A stretch of DNA of 64,000 nt. Source: an uncultured Prevotellaceae bacterium. Its GTDB lineage: Bacteria; Bacteroidota; Bacteroidia; Bacteroidales; Bacteroidaceae. The stretch's first letter is position 1. Each line of letters begins with the position of its first letter. Of this stretch, positions 19,180-27,862 are shown one piece after another. Position numbers and translations under genes: made by a program. The DNA lies in contig ONKB01000056.1 of assembly GCA_900318305.1 (NCBI GenBank), forward strand, positions 360 through 64,359, in the 5' to 3' direction. The notes below the pieces were generated by a model, which had not been told where the DNA came from, did not search any database, and saw only the letters and a list, made by a program, of their open reading frames with translations.

Positions 19180-20034
19180 TTATTTCTCCACGAAGTCGCT
19201 CACATAATAGATGTTTCCCGGCACGCAGGTTACAACCATGAGTTTGTTCTTAAAGACAAAAGTTCCCTCGGGTTCCTCTTTGATGCCGGCTCCGCCGATG
19301 CTGTATTCCTTCTCTATATGTCCTGTCTTAGGATTGACGATAATGAAGTTGGTGTCCTTTTGGTTGCAGCCAAAAGCCTGACAGATTTTCCCCTTGTGGA
19401 AAACAGCTCCCTGGGTAGCAATACGGAAGGGGAGACGGAATTCGCTGATACAGTTCTTGTAATCAAGGACGACATCACCATCGGAGACTTTGGGCAGGTC
19501 AAATTGGACATAGCGCAACTGGTTGCCGCCGTCGGGCTTGTTCCAGGAGTGACGGGTGTAGCCCGTTATCCAGAGCTTGTTCTGCTTGCTGTCTATGATG
19601 AGGTTGGTATAGTAGTAACTCGCCTCATCGCTGTTGGGAAGGAAGATGGTCTGCACTTTCTGCAAGCCATATTTTCCTGCTTCATGAGTGACGCGGTATG
19701 TGATGATGCGCTGGTCGCGTTCCGAACTCACGTACAGAAGAGGGAAGGGGTCTTTCTTGTCATACTTTACGCTACCGAAATTGGCATTGTTGCAATGGAT
19801 GACAGGCTCGGGCTCAAGCTCTATCTGGTAGATGCGCTTCTGCTCTTTGAGATCAAAGATTTCAACGAGGGGATTGGCATTATGAAACTGGAAAAGCAGG
19901 TTCTTGTAGCAGGCGACACCTTGCCTGGCTTGCTTGGTCAGTGTAAAGGGTTCCTCGGTCATGAACGGCCGCACCTGAGCCTGCAGGGCTGACAGAGTCC
20001 CTGTCAGAAACAGGGTAAATAATAGTTTTCTCAT
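19180..20034 (-). CDS. secreted hypothetical protein
   Basis: 284 aa with the signal peptide MRKLLFTLFLTGTLSALQAQ and beta-rich composition. It is the first gene of the cluster. The antisense ORF 19117..19992(+) has shadow-like composition. Confidence 0.6.
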   Translation of the reverse strand: MRKLLFTLFLTGTLSALQAQVRPFMTEEPFTLTKQARQGVACYKNLLFQFHNANPLVEIFDLKEQKRIYQIELEPEPVIHCNNANFGSVKYDKKDPFPLLYVSSERDQRIITYRVTHEAGKYGLQKVQTIFLPNSDEASYYYTNLIIDSKQNKLWITGYTRHSWNKPDGGNQLRYVQFDLPKVSDGDVVLDYKNCISEFRLPFRIATQGAVFHKGKICQAFGCNQKDTNFIIVNPKTGHIEKEYSIGGAGIKEEPEGTFVFKNKLMVVTCVPGNIYYVSDFVEK

Positions 20035-20065
20035 ATTGACATTAATAATTGTATGTTTGATATTA

Positions 20066-20073
20066 CAAAATTA
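20066..20073 (-). promoter_or_regulatory. -7 promoter box (TAATTTTG) for the 4-gene cluster
   Basis: The minus strand reads TAATTTTG, 32 nt upstream of the ATG at 20034. Confidence 0.4.
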
Positions 20074-20105
20074 ATCGCTTTTAATTAATTCAGGCATTTT
20101 TCTCT

Positions 20106-20230
20106 CGCTTAATCGTAACTTTAACTTGTTGTTTTAGTTCTTGAAGGGTCAAGCGTCGACAAGCGCCGTATTCTCATGCTCAGAAAAGCTCAAATAGATT
20201 TGGCTTTTCTCTTGTTTAATCGTAACTTTG
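20106..20230 (+). repeat. 125-nt dispersed repeat, copy A (carries -33 TTTG and -7 TAACTTTG)
   Basis: 119 of 125 positions are identical to the reverse complement of 57123-57247. Internal direct terminal repeats TTAATCGTAACTTT lie at both ends. TTTG is at 20199-20202 and TAACTTTG at 20223-20230, 25 nt before the ABC-F GTG start. Confidence 0.85.
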
Positions 20231-20254
20231 CATGTTAAAATAGTATCCTGAAAA

Positions 20255-22207
20255 GTGATTTCTGTAGCTGGGTTGAAAGTTGAATTTGGGGTAAAACCAC
20301 TCTTCTCCAATGTGTCGTTCGTGATAAACGACAAGGAACACGTGGCTTTGACGGGGAAGAACGGTGCCGGCAAGTCAACTCTGTTGAAGATAATGGCAAG
20401 TTTGCAGCATCCCACAGAAGGTAGTGTGAGCATGCCTGCAGGGCAGACTGTAGGCTATTTGCCCCAGACGATGAAGATGACCGATACCAGAACTGTGAAG
20501 GGAGAGGTCGAATTGGCGTTCAACAATATCAAGGATATGAAAGCCCAGCTGGAGCAGCTGAACGGCGAGCTCGCTGAGCGTACTGATTACGAAAGTGAAG
20601 AATACAGCCGCCTCATCAACCGTATTGCCGACACGACAGAGCGCCTCAATGTACTCGGAGGCCAGAACTATGAGGGTGAGATTGCCCAGACCCTGATGGG
20701 ACTGGGTTTTGAACGCAAGGATTTTGACCGGCCCACTAGTGAACTGAGCGGAGGTTGGCGCATGAGGGTGGAACTGGCTAAATTGTTGTTGCAGAAACCC
20801 GACGTGCTGCTCCTGGATGAGCCCACCAACCATCTGGATATATGGTCAATAGAATGGCTTGAGAGCTTTCTCAAACAGAGCCAGAGTTCTGTTGTGGTGG
20901 TGAGCCATGACAGGGCCTTCGTGAATAACATAACGAGCAGGACGCTCGACATCGATTGCGGCAAACTTGTTGATTACAAGGTGAAGTATGATGAGTTTGT
21001 GAAACTCAGGGCTGAGCGTCGCGAGGCGCAACTGAGGGCCTACGAAAACCAGCAGAAGGAAATAGCCGACATCAAAAGCTTCATAGAACGTTTCAGATAT
21101 AAGCCCACCAAGGCGATACAGGTCCAGAGTCGCATCAAGCAGCTGGAGAAGATTATACCTATTGAAGTGGATGAGGTGGACAATTCAAGCCTGTACCTGA
21201 AATTCCCGCCCTGTAGCCGTAGTGGTGACTATCCTCTGATTTGTAAAGAGGTGAGAAAGGACTATGGTGACCACATGGTGTTCAGGGATGTGACGCTAAG
21301 CATCAGGCGCGGAGAGAAAGTAGCTTTCGTAGGGAAAAATGGCGAGGGCAAATCCACATTGGTGAAATGTATTATGGGTCAGATTCCCTTTACAGGCGAA
21401 CTCAAGGTGGGTCATAATGTGGAAGTAGGTTATTTCGCCCAGAACGAGGCCCAGTTGCTCGACGAGAATAAAACCGTCTTCGATACTGTGGACCTCATAG
21501 CCAAAGGAGATATACGGACCAGGATAAGGGATATCCTGGGTGCGTTTATGTTTGGAGGGGAAGCCTCCGACAAATTTGTCAAGGTGCTCTCCGGTGGAGA
21601 GAGGAGCCGGCTGGCCATGCTGCGACTGCTGTTGCAGCCAGTCAACTTCCTTATCCTTGACGAGCCGACAAATCATCTTGACATGCGTACAAAAGACGTG
21701 CTGAAAAACGCTATCCGTAATTTTGACGGCACAGCGGTTATCGTGAGCCACGACAGGGAATTTCTCGACGGACTGGTGACCAAGGTCTATGAATTTGGCG
21801 GCGGCAGAGTGAGAGAACACCTTGGAGGGATATACGATTTCCTCCGTTCCAAGAATATCGAGTCGCTCAACGAACTGGAGAAGTCAGGTGCTAAGCCCCA
21901 GAGGGAAGAGCCGGAGATGTCCGATTCGAAGCCCCAGAGCCAGAATGCACTGGATTGGCAGACCCAGAAGGAAATGCGTCGCAAGGAACAGAAACTGAGA
22001 CGGCAGGTCGAAGAGTGTGAGCGGCACATGGAAGAACTGGAGGCGGCATTGCGTATCTTGGAGGATAGAATGAATACCCATGAGGAAGGCTTCGATATGA
22101 CTGTCGTGGAAAAACACGCCAACCTGACGAAGCAATTGAACCAGGCCATGGATGAATGGGCTTCGGTCTCTGAAGAATTGGAAGAATTAGTAAAAACCAT
22201 AAAATAG
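20255..22207 (+). CDS. ABC-F family ATPase (Uup-like, no membrane domain)
   Basis: 650 aa with two ABC cassettes (GKNGAGKST/LSGGWRMR and GKNGEGKST/LSGGERSR), a charged coiled-coil C-terminal extension and a GTG start. Confidence 0.9.
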   Translation: MISVAGLKVEFGVKPLFSNVSFVINDKEHVALTGKNGAGKSTLLKIMASLQHPTEGSVSMPAGQTVGYLPQTMKMTDTRTVKGEVELAFNNIKDMKAQLEQLNGELAERTDYESEEYSRLINRIADTTERLNVLGGQNYEGEIAQTLMGLGFERKDFDRPTSELSGGWRMRVELAKLLLQKPDVLLLDEPTNHLDIWSIEWLESFLKQSQSSVVVVSHDRAFVNNITSRTLDIDCGKLVDYKVKYDEFVKLRAERREAQLRAYENQQKEIADIKSFIERFRYKPTKAIQVQSRIKQLEKIIPIEVDEVDNSSLYLKFPPCSRSGDYPLICKEVRKDYGDHMVFRDVTLSIRRGEKVAFVGKNGEGKSTLVKCIMGQIPFTGELKVGHNVEVGYFAQNEAQLLDENKTVFDTVDLIAKGDIRTRIRDILGAFMFGGEASDKFVKVLSGGERSRLAMLRLLLQPVNFLILDEPTNHLDMRTKDVLKNAIRNFDGTAVIVSHDREFLDGLVTKVYEFGGGRVREHLGGIYDFLRSKNIESLNELEKSGAKPQREEPEMSDSKPQSQNALDWQTQKEMRRKEQKLRRQVEECERHMEELEAALRILEDRMNTHEEGFDMTVVEKHANLTKQLNQAMDEWASVSEELEELVKTIK

Positions 22208-22215
22208 ATACGATT

Positions 22216-23313
22216 ATGAAACGATTAGAGTCATTAGACGCATTAAGAGGCTTTGACATGTTATTTATCATGGGAGGCTCGTCCTTGGTGTTGGCACTCG
22301 CTCAACTGTTTCCCGATTCTGCTGTATGGACGGCAATCGGAGAGCAGATGTCCCATGTGTCATGGGACGGATTGCGCCATCACGACACGATTTTCCCCTT
22401 GTTCCTGTTTATCGCAGGCATTTCCTTCCCCTTCTCATTGAGCAAGCAGATTGAAAACGGCAGGACCAGTCAGCAGATTTATCTCAAGATAGTCAGGCGA
22501 GGACTGATGCTGGTATTCCTGGGCTTGGTGTACAACGGCTTGATGAAGTTTCATTTTGACACCTTGCGTTTCTGTAGTGTATTGTCGCGCATAGGTCTTG
22601 GATGGATGTTTGCTGCGTTGATTTACACCTCGGTCAAGAGCAACAAGATACGCTTCTCTATAATAGGAGGCATACTGGTTGGATACTGGCTGGTGACGAT
22701 ACTGATACCAGCTCCCGACGGAGCCGGCGCCGATGTGTTCAGCAAGCAGGGCAACATAGCCTGCTACCTTGACAGGGTCATATTGGGCCGTCATTGCTAC
22801 CGTGAGGATTATGACCCCGAAGGACTCTTCTCCACAATTCCCGCTATTGCGACGGCGTTGTTGGGAATGCTCGCCGGCGAACTGGTGAAGAAGGACAGTC
22901 TGAGCGGAAACAAGAAGACACTCTGCCTGGCACTCGCCGGTATAGTACTGGCCATAGTAGGCTGGGCATGGAATTTTATCTGCCCCATTAATAAAGCCCT
23001 GTGGTCAAGTTCCTTTGTCTGCGCCGTTGCAGGCTATTCCTTCCTGATGTTTGCGCTGTTCTATTATATCGTTGATGTCAGGGGCTGGCGCAAGTGGGCC
23101 AAATTCTTCGTGGTTATCGGATTGAACTCCATCACGATATATCTTGCACAACGCTTTTTCCCGTTCTGGGAGCCACAGCACCGCCTCCTGGACGGATTCA
23201 TTGATCTCTTCCCCGAGACGCTGCATCAGGTCATGGTAGAATTGACATACATCCTGACCTGCTGGGCTTTCTTGTTATTCCTGTATAAACACAAGATTTT
23301 CTTCAAGGTATAA
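22216..23313 (+). CDS. acyltransferase-3/DUF5009-like membrane protein
   Basis: 365 aa, multi-TM, with the N-terminal motif LDALRGFDMLFIMGG. This motif is seen in heparan-alpha-glucosaminide N-acetyltransferase-like proteins. Confidence 0.65.
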   Translation: MKRLESLDALRGFDMLFIMGGSSLVLALAQLFPDSAVWTAIGEQMSHVSWDGLRHHDTIFPLFLFIAGISFPFSLSKQIENGRTSQQIYLKIVRRGLMLVFLGLVYNGLMKFHFDTLRFCSVLSRIGLGWMFAALIYTSVKSNKIRFSIIGGILVGYWLVTILIPAPDGAGADVFSKQGNIACYLDRVILGRHCYREDYDPEGLFSTIPAIATALLGMLAGELVKKDSLSGNKKTLCLALAGIVLAIVGWAWNFICPINKALWSSSFVCAVAGYSFLMFALFYYIVDVRGWRKWAKFFVVIGLNSITIYLAQRFFPFWEPQHRLLDGFIDLFPETLHQVMVELTYILTCWAFLLFLYKHKIFFKV

Positions 23314-23325
23314 AACCAACACATC

Positions 23326-24246
23326 ATGCCTCTTCGATTACCCGATAAACTCCCTGCGATAGATATTCTGGCAAATGAGAATATCTTCGTCATAGACGAG
23401 ACGCGCGGACACTCCCAGCAGATACGTCCGCTCCATATAGTCATTCTCAACCTGATGCCGCTGAAGATTACCACCGAGACCGACTTGATCAGGCTGCTCT
23501 CCAATACGCCGCTTCATATTGAGATAACGTTTATGAAACTACGGAGCCATACCTCCAAGAATACCCCCATAGAACACATGCAGATGTTCTACAAGGATTT
23601 TGAATTGCTCAAGGACATCAAGTTCGACGGTATGATTATCACGGGAGCCCCGGTCGAGCAGATGGAGTTTGAGGAGGTCAACTACTGGGATGAGCTCAAG
23701 GAGATATTCTCCTGGTCGCGGACCCACGTCACATCCACCATGTATATCTGCTGGGCGGCTCAGGCGGGACTTTATTACCATTATAATATTCCGAAATACC
23801 CTTTGAGCCGCAAGATGTTCGGCATCTTTGAGCAGCATGCCGTGCGTAAGGAGGCTTACCCCATTTTCAGGGGCTTCGACGATGTGTTCTATATGCCCCA
23901 TTCCCGTCACACGGAGATACACCGGGAGGATATCCTTGCCAGCCCCGATGTGACCCTTATTGCCGAGTCTCCCGACAGCGGAGTCAGTATGGTCATGGCG
24001 CGTGAGGGGCGTGAGTTCTTCATTACAGGCCACATGGAGTACAATCCAGAGACACTCGATACCGAGTACAAACGCGATCTGGGCAAGCGTGACGATGTGG
24101 ACAAGCCCAGGAATTACTATATCGATGACGACCCCGCCAAGGGACCCAAGGTCACCTGGCGCGCCCATGCCAATCTGTTGTTCAATAACTGGATAAACTA
24201 CTACGTTTACCAGACAACACCATACGACATTAACGAAATCAAGTGA
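23326..24246 (+). CDS. metA: homoserine O-acyltransferase (MetA type)
   Basis: 306 aa with MPLRLPDKLPAIDIL...IRPLHIVILNLMPLKITTE, typical of MetA. Confidence 0.9.
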   Translation: MPLRLPDKLPAIDILANENIFVIDETRGHSQQIRPLHIVILNLMPLKITTETDLIRLLSNTPLHIEITFMKLRSHTSKNTPIEHMQMFYKDFELLKDIKFDGMIITGAPVEQMEFEEVNYWDELKEIFSWSRTHVTSTMYICWAAQAGLYYHYNIPKYPLSRKMFGIFEQHAVRKEAYPIFRGFDDVFYMPHSRHTEIHREDILASPDVTLIAESPDSGVSMVMAREGREFFITGHMEYNPETLDTEYKRDLGKRDDVDKPRNYYIDDDPAKGPKVTWRAHANLLFNNWINYYVYQTTPYDINEIK

Positions 24247-26081
24247 TGCATACCGTCGAACTCCTTGCTCCGGCACGCAACGTGGATTGTGGCATGCAAG
24301 CCATTCTCTGCGGAGCCGATGCCGTGTATATAGGAGCTCAGGACTATAGTGCCAGGGCTGAGGCAGCCAACTCCACCGAGGACATCAGCAAACTCACCGG
24401 GTTTGCCCATATCTATGGCGCCAAGGTGTATGTTGCCCTCAATACCATACTCTATGACAACGAACTTGATGCGGCACGAAAACTGGTAGAGAAGCTTGCC
24501 TCCGTAGGCGTGGATGCTCTGATAACCCAGGATACCGCCCTGGTGGAAATGAACCTGCCGCTTCCTCTTCATGCCAGCACCCAGATGGATAACCGCCTTC
24601 CCGAACAGGTCCGTTTCCTGCACGAGAATGGTTTCCGCCGTGCCATCCTGGCACGCGAGCTGGGCATAGAAGATATCGCCCGCATTCACCGGTCATGTCC
24701 CGGAATGGAGTTGGAAGTGTTTGTCCATGGTGCGCTGTGCGTCAGCTACAGCGGTCGTTGCTATGCCTCCCAGTATTGTTTCGGGCGTAGTGCCAACAGG
24801 GGGAGGTGTGCCCAGTTCTGCCGCATGTCCTTTGACCTGGAGGATGCCAGTCATGAGACCCTCATCGAGGACCGCCACCTCTTGTCGCTCAAGGATATGA
24901 ACAGGAGCGACTTTATCGGGGAACTCATTGACGCCGGTGTGTGTTCTCTCAAGATAGAAGGCCGTCTGAAGGATGTAGATTATGTCAGGAACATCACCGC
25001 ATATTATCGCCAGACCATCGACAAAGTCCTTGCCCACAAGAAAGGATATGTCCGCTCTTCCTATGGAACCAGTCATATTCCCTTCACCCCTTCACCCTTA
25101 AAGAGTTTCAACCGGGGATATACCGATTATTTCCTCCACGGCAGGTCCCGTAACATTTTCTCCTTCAATTCTCCCAAGTCATTCGGAGAACCGGTAGGGG
25201 AGGTCAAGGTTGTTTACGACAAAGCCGTCAAGGTGTCGGGTGTCGCATCCTTCAGCAATGGTGACGGACTGTGCTTTGTTGATGAAAAAGGGAAGCTGCA
25301 GGGGTTCCGGGTCAACCGTGTTGACAACAATCTCCTTTTTCCGAGTGCCATGCCCCGGGGACTATGTCCTCACATGCCACTCTATCGCAATCATGACGAA
25401 GCCTTTCTCCGTGAGTTGCGCCACAAGCCCGTTACCCGCACCCTCAGCGTTGACATCCTTCTGAAGGAAGAGCCCCAGGGGTTCTCCCTGTCTATGACCG
25501 ATGAGACGGGCATGCATGCCGAGTGCCATTTTGACCATCCCAGGCAGATGGCCCGCACCTCACAGCAGGACCTCCAGCGGGAGTATCTGGCTCGGCTTGG
25601 AGGAACCGTCTTCACAGCCCGGCAGATAGATATAGCCTGTTCGGGAGACTATTTCATTCCCCTCTCAACGCTTTCCCAATGGCGCCGGCAGGTCGTCGGG
25701 GAGTTGCTGCGGAGCCACACTTCCGTCAATACATCATGTCAGGAAGCGTGCCAGGAAAAGCCCTCCCGTGAAGCAGGGCAGGAGATAGGTCCTGTTATCG
25801 ACTATACCTATAATGTGTCAAATGCAATGGCACGCCGTTTCTATCAGAGCCATGGCGCCCAGCAGGTTGACTCAGCTTTTGAGCTGGCACCCCCCGAGAC
25901 ACCCCTTCTGATGACCTGTAAATACTGCCTGCGCCATGCCCTGGGACATTGTCCGAAGGAACATCCCCATGACGGCCAACCCCTGAGGGAACCGCTGTTC
26001 CTGAAACTCAGGAATGGCAGCCGTTTCCAGCTGAAATTCGATTGTAAGAACTGTCAAATGCTTGTCTATGCCGCCTCTTAG
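24246..26081 (+). CDS. peptidase U32 family protein
   Basis: The N-terminus MHTVELLAPARNVDCGMQAILCGADAVYIG and the LEVFVHGALC block are typical of U32, and the C-terminal region is Cys-rich. The ATG overlaps the metA TGA (TGATG). Confidence 0.85.
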   Translation: MHTVELLAPARNVDCGMQAILCGADAVYIGAQDYSARAEAANSTEDISKLTGFAHIYGAKVYVALNTILYDNELDAARKLVEKLASVGVDALITQDTALVEMNLPLPLHASTQMDNRLPEQVRFLHENGFRRAILARELGIEDIARIHRSCPGMELEVFVHGALCVSYSGRCYASQYCFGRSANRGRCAQFCRMSFDLEDASHETLIEDRHLLSLKDMNRSDFIGELIDAGVCSLKIEGRLKDVDYVRNITAYYRQTIDKVLAHKKGYVRSSYGTSHIPFTPSPLKSFNRGYTDYFLHGRSRNIFSFNSPKSFGEPVGEVKVVYDKAVKVSGVASFSNGDGLCFVDEKGKLQGFRVNRVDNNLLFPSAMPRGLCPHMPLYRNHDEAFLRELRHKPVTRTLSVDILLKEEPQGFSLSMTDETGMHAECHFDHPRQMARTSQQDLQREYLARLGGTVFTARQIDIACSGDYFIPLSTLSQWRRQVVGELLRSHTSVNTSCQEACQEKPSREAGQEIGPVIDYTYNVSNAMARRFYQSHGAQQVDSAFELAPPETPLLMTCKYCLRHALGHCPKEHPHDGQPLREPLFLKLRNGSRFQLKFDCKNCQMLVYAAS

Positions 26082-27069
26082 AATACTCCTGTTTCTTCTG
26101 CTCACCTTGTCACTTCTGGCCTGTGGTGACAAGACTGATAGTGGTACCTGTGTCAGTTACTGGGACCTTTCCCGTGAGCAGAGGGATTCTGTTGATTTTG
26201 CCCGTCTCCACCACTACAGCATCAACTACAATTTCCAGGTCACAGCCGATTCCCTCTGTCTGAGCGCCCTGCCTCCCGGAGAGTCAGAGTTGTTCGCCTC
26301 CGCGGTCCTTCCCGCCATAGTCTATAAGAAAGACCGTGTCGTCGTTGCTGCCACGATGGCCGTTTACGACTCTGTGACCCACAGACGCGAGTATTATGTC
26401 AAGGTGGCGCGCGACCAGGAGACCATGGGCTGGTTAAGTGAGCCCCTCCTGCTCCGTGGCGTTGTTCCCGTTGATCCCATATCGCAGTTCATCCACACAT
26501 TCAGCAACAACTACATTTTCGGTTTCTGCGTCCTCGTTGCCCTGTCGTTGCTGTTCTGCATTTATCGTTTCAAGAAACACCAGCACATCCCCTTTGTCCA
26601 TTTTCAGGACATCAATTCCATGTACCCCACGCTGCTTTGTGCCTTCACCGCCTTCATTGCCGTGATCTATGGCACCATGCGCCACTTCTTGCCCGCCGTG
26701 TGGGAGGCATGGTATTTTGACCCCACACTCAATCCCGTAGGCCAGCCGCCCATACTTGCACTGTTCCTCACATGCACATGGATTATACTCATCCTTTTCA
26801 TCGCCAGTCTTGACGAAGTGTTCCGTCAGCTCAGCCTGTCCGATGCCGTAGCCTATCTGCTCGGATTAGGGTCGGTATGGTTTATCCTCTATGTCCTCTT
26901 CTCCCAGACCGTGAGGATATACATAGGCTATCCCTTGTTTATAGCCTATATATGTTTTTCCTGGCGTTGCTACAGGCGTTTCCATTTTTCCCCCTATCTG
27001 TGTGGTCGTTGCGGCAAACCCCTGCACACCCTTGGCCGTTGTCCCCATTGCGGCACCATCAACTCATAA
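26062..27069 (+). CDS. membrane protein with lipoprotein-type signal and C-terminal zinc ribbon
   Basis: 335 aa. Features: LLTLSLLACGDK, about 5 TM helices and the C-terminal CGRCGKPLHTLGRCPHCG. There is a 20-nt overlap with the U32 gene. Confidence 0.6.
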   Translation: MSMPPLRILLFLLLTLSLLACGDKTDSGTCVSYWDLSREQRDSVDFARLHHYSINYNFQVTADSLCLSALPPGESELFASAVLPAIVYKKDRVVVAATMAVYDSVTHRREYYVKVARDQETMGWLSEPLLLRGVVPVDPISQFIHTFSNNYIFGFCVLVALSLLFCIYRFKKHQHIPFVHFQDINSMYPTLLCAFTAFIAVIYGTMRHFLPAVWEAWYFDPTLNPVGQPPILALFLTCTWIILILFIASLDEVFRQLSLSDAVAYLLGLGSVWFILYVLFSQTVRIYIGYPLFIAYICFSWRCYRRFHFSPYLCGRCGKPLHTLGRCPHCGTINS

Positions 27070-27124
27070 AACGGCGAAGCCTGAGGTAAGATGTACATCT
27101 TAACCTTAACGATAACGTTAAAGG

Positions 27125-27164
27125 GTTTAATAGTTTAATAGTTTAAGAGTTTAAGAGTTTAATA
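27125..27164. repeat. five tandem 8-bp units (GTTTAATA/GTTTAAGA)
   Basis: Read directly: GTTTAATA GTTTAATA GTTTAAGA GTTTAAGA GTTTAATA. The array is flanked by hairpins at 27104-27124 and 27170-27186. Confidence 0.9.
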
Positions 27165-27374
27165 GTTTTCCCTCGACAGGCGAGGGAAGGTAATGAGGTA
27201 ATCCTTTCCGGACAATGCCGTAAACGTGCTGACGACATATTATCAGAGGCAATGGTATTAGCCCGCTGGAAGAGCAGATAGCAACAGGCTACCAGAAACG
27301 ACACTGCAGCCCCTGTATATAGCATATAAAACAGAAACTCTTCTTAGCTAGGCTACTAGTAAATAAAAATCAGA

Positions 27375-27860
27375 TTATTCTTGTCGTAACTTAAGCAAGT
27401 CAAAGTACATTAGGCGTGTGTCTAACTTGACAGGCGTATCTTTCTTCCCCATTGTATAGGCAAATTCCTGTTCTTCTGTGGGAAAAAGAGGACGGAAGTC
27501 ATTCTTTTCATAGAACGAAAGTACTTGTGGATCATTGACAGCATCAACGATGACAAAACGACAACCTGTTTTATTGCTACTGGAGTAAAACCAACCCTTT
27601 ACGAAATCAAGGGCTTCACTGCCGATACCCTTCCCAGCAAATTCGTTGCTTACACCAAGGCGACCAATCAGTACGCCTGGATATCTGCGAAGTGGTTTCT
27701 CATGATGGGTGAGACTTTTCATGTAGTCTTGACGACTACGAGGGAGATCGTAGATACGGATACTATCATTAGAAACAGTTAGAGCACAAACAATCTTTGA
27801 TGGGTCGCTATTCAAACGAAAGCAATATGTCTTTCCCATCAAGAAAGACATATGCACCAA
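27375..27860 (-). CDS. GNAT N-acetyltransferase, TacT/AtaT-like toxin candidate (N-terminally short)
   Basis: 161 aa. RRYPGVLIGRLGVSNEFAGKGIGSEAL...RFVIVDAVNDPQVLSFYEKNDF aligns by eye with the acetyl-CoA core of TacT-family toxins. The start is ambiguous (TTG 27860 or ATG 27851). Confidence 0.7.
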   Translation of the reverse strand: MVHMSFLMGKTYCFRLNSDPSKIVCALTVSNDSIRIYDLPRSRQDYMKSLTHHEKPLRRYPGVLIGRLGVSNEFAGKGIGSEALDFVKGWFYSSSNKTGCRFVIVDAVNDPQVLSFYEKNDFRPLFPTEEQEFAYTMGKKDTPVKLDTRLMYFDLLKLRQE

Positions 27861-27862
27861 TA

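Noticed and set aside
20149-20433. 94-aa minus-strand ORF across repeat copy A, and the analogous 70-aa ORF 57209..57421 near copy B.
   Set aside because: They are not homologous to each other in frame. They run antisense into the ABC-F coding region or through hairpin and repeat sequence. They have no start signals.
27125-27164. A possible CRISPR-like or other repeat array.
   Set aside because: The units are only 8 bp, are contiguous without spacers, and no cas genes are present. This is a simple micro-tandem repeat.
27143-27325. 60-aa minus-strand ORF (MLYTGAAVSFLVACCYLLF...) downstream of the GNAT gene, as a possible small membrane toxin.
   Set aside because: It has no promoter box and no convincing start context. 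Its C-terminus is encoded by the 8-bp tandem repeats and a hairpin. It cannot be supported without conservation or expression data.
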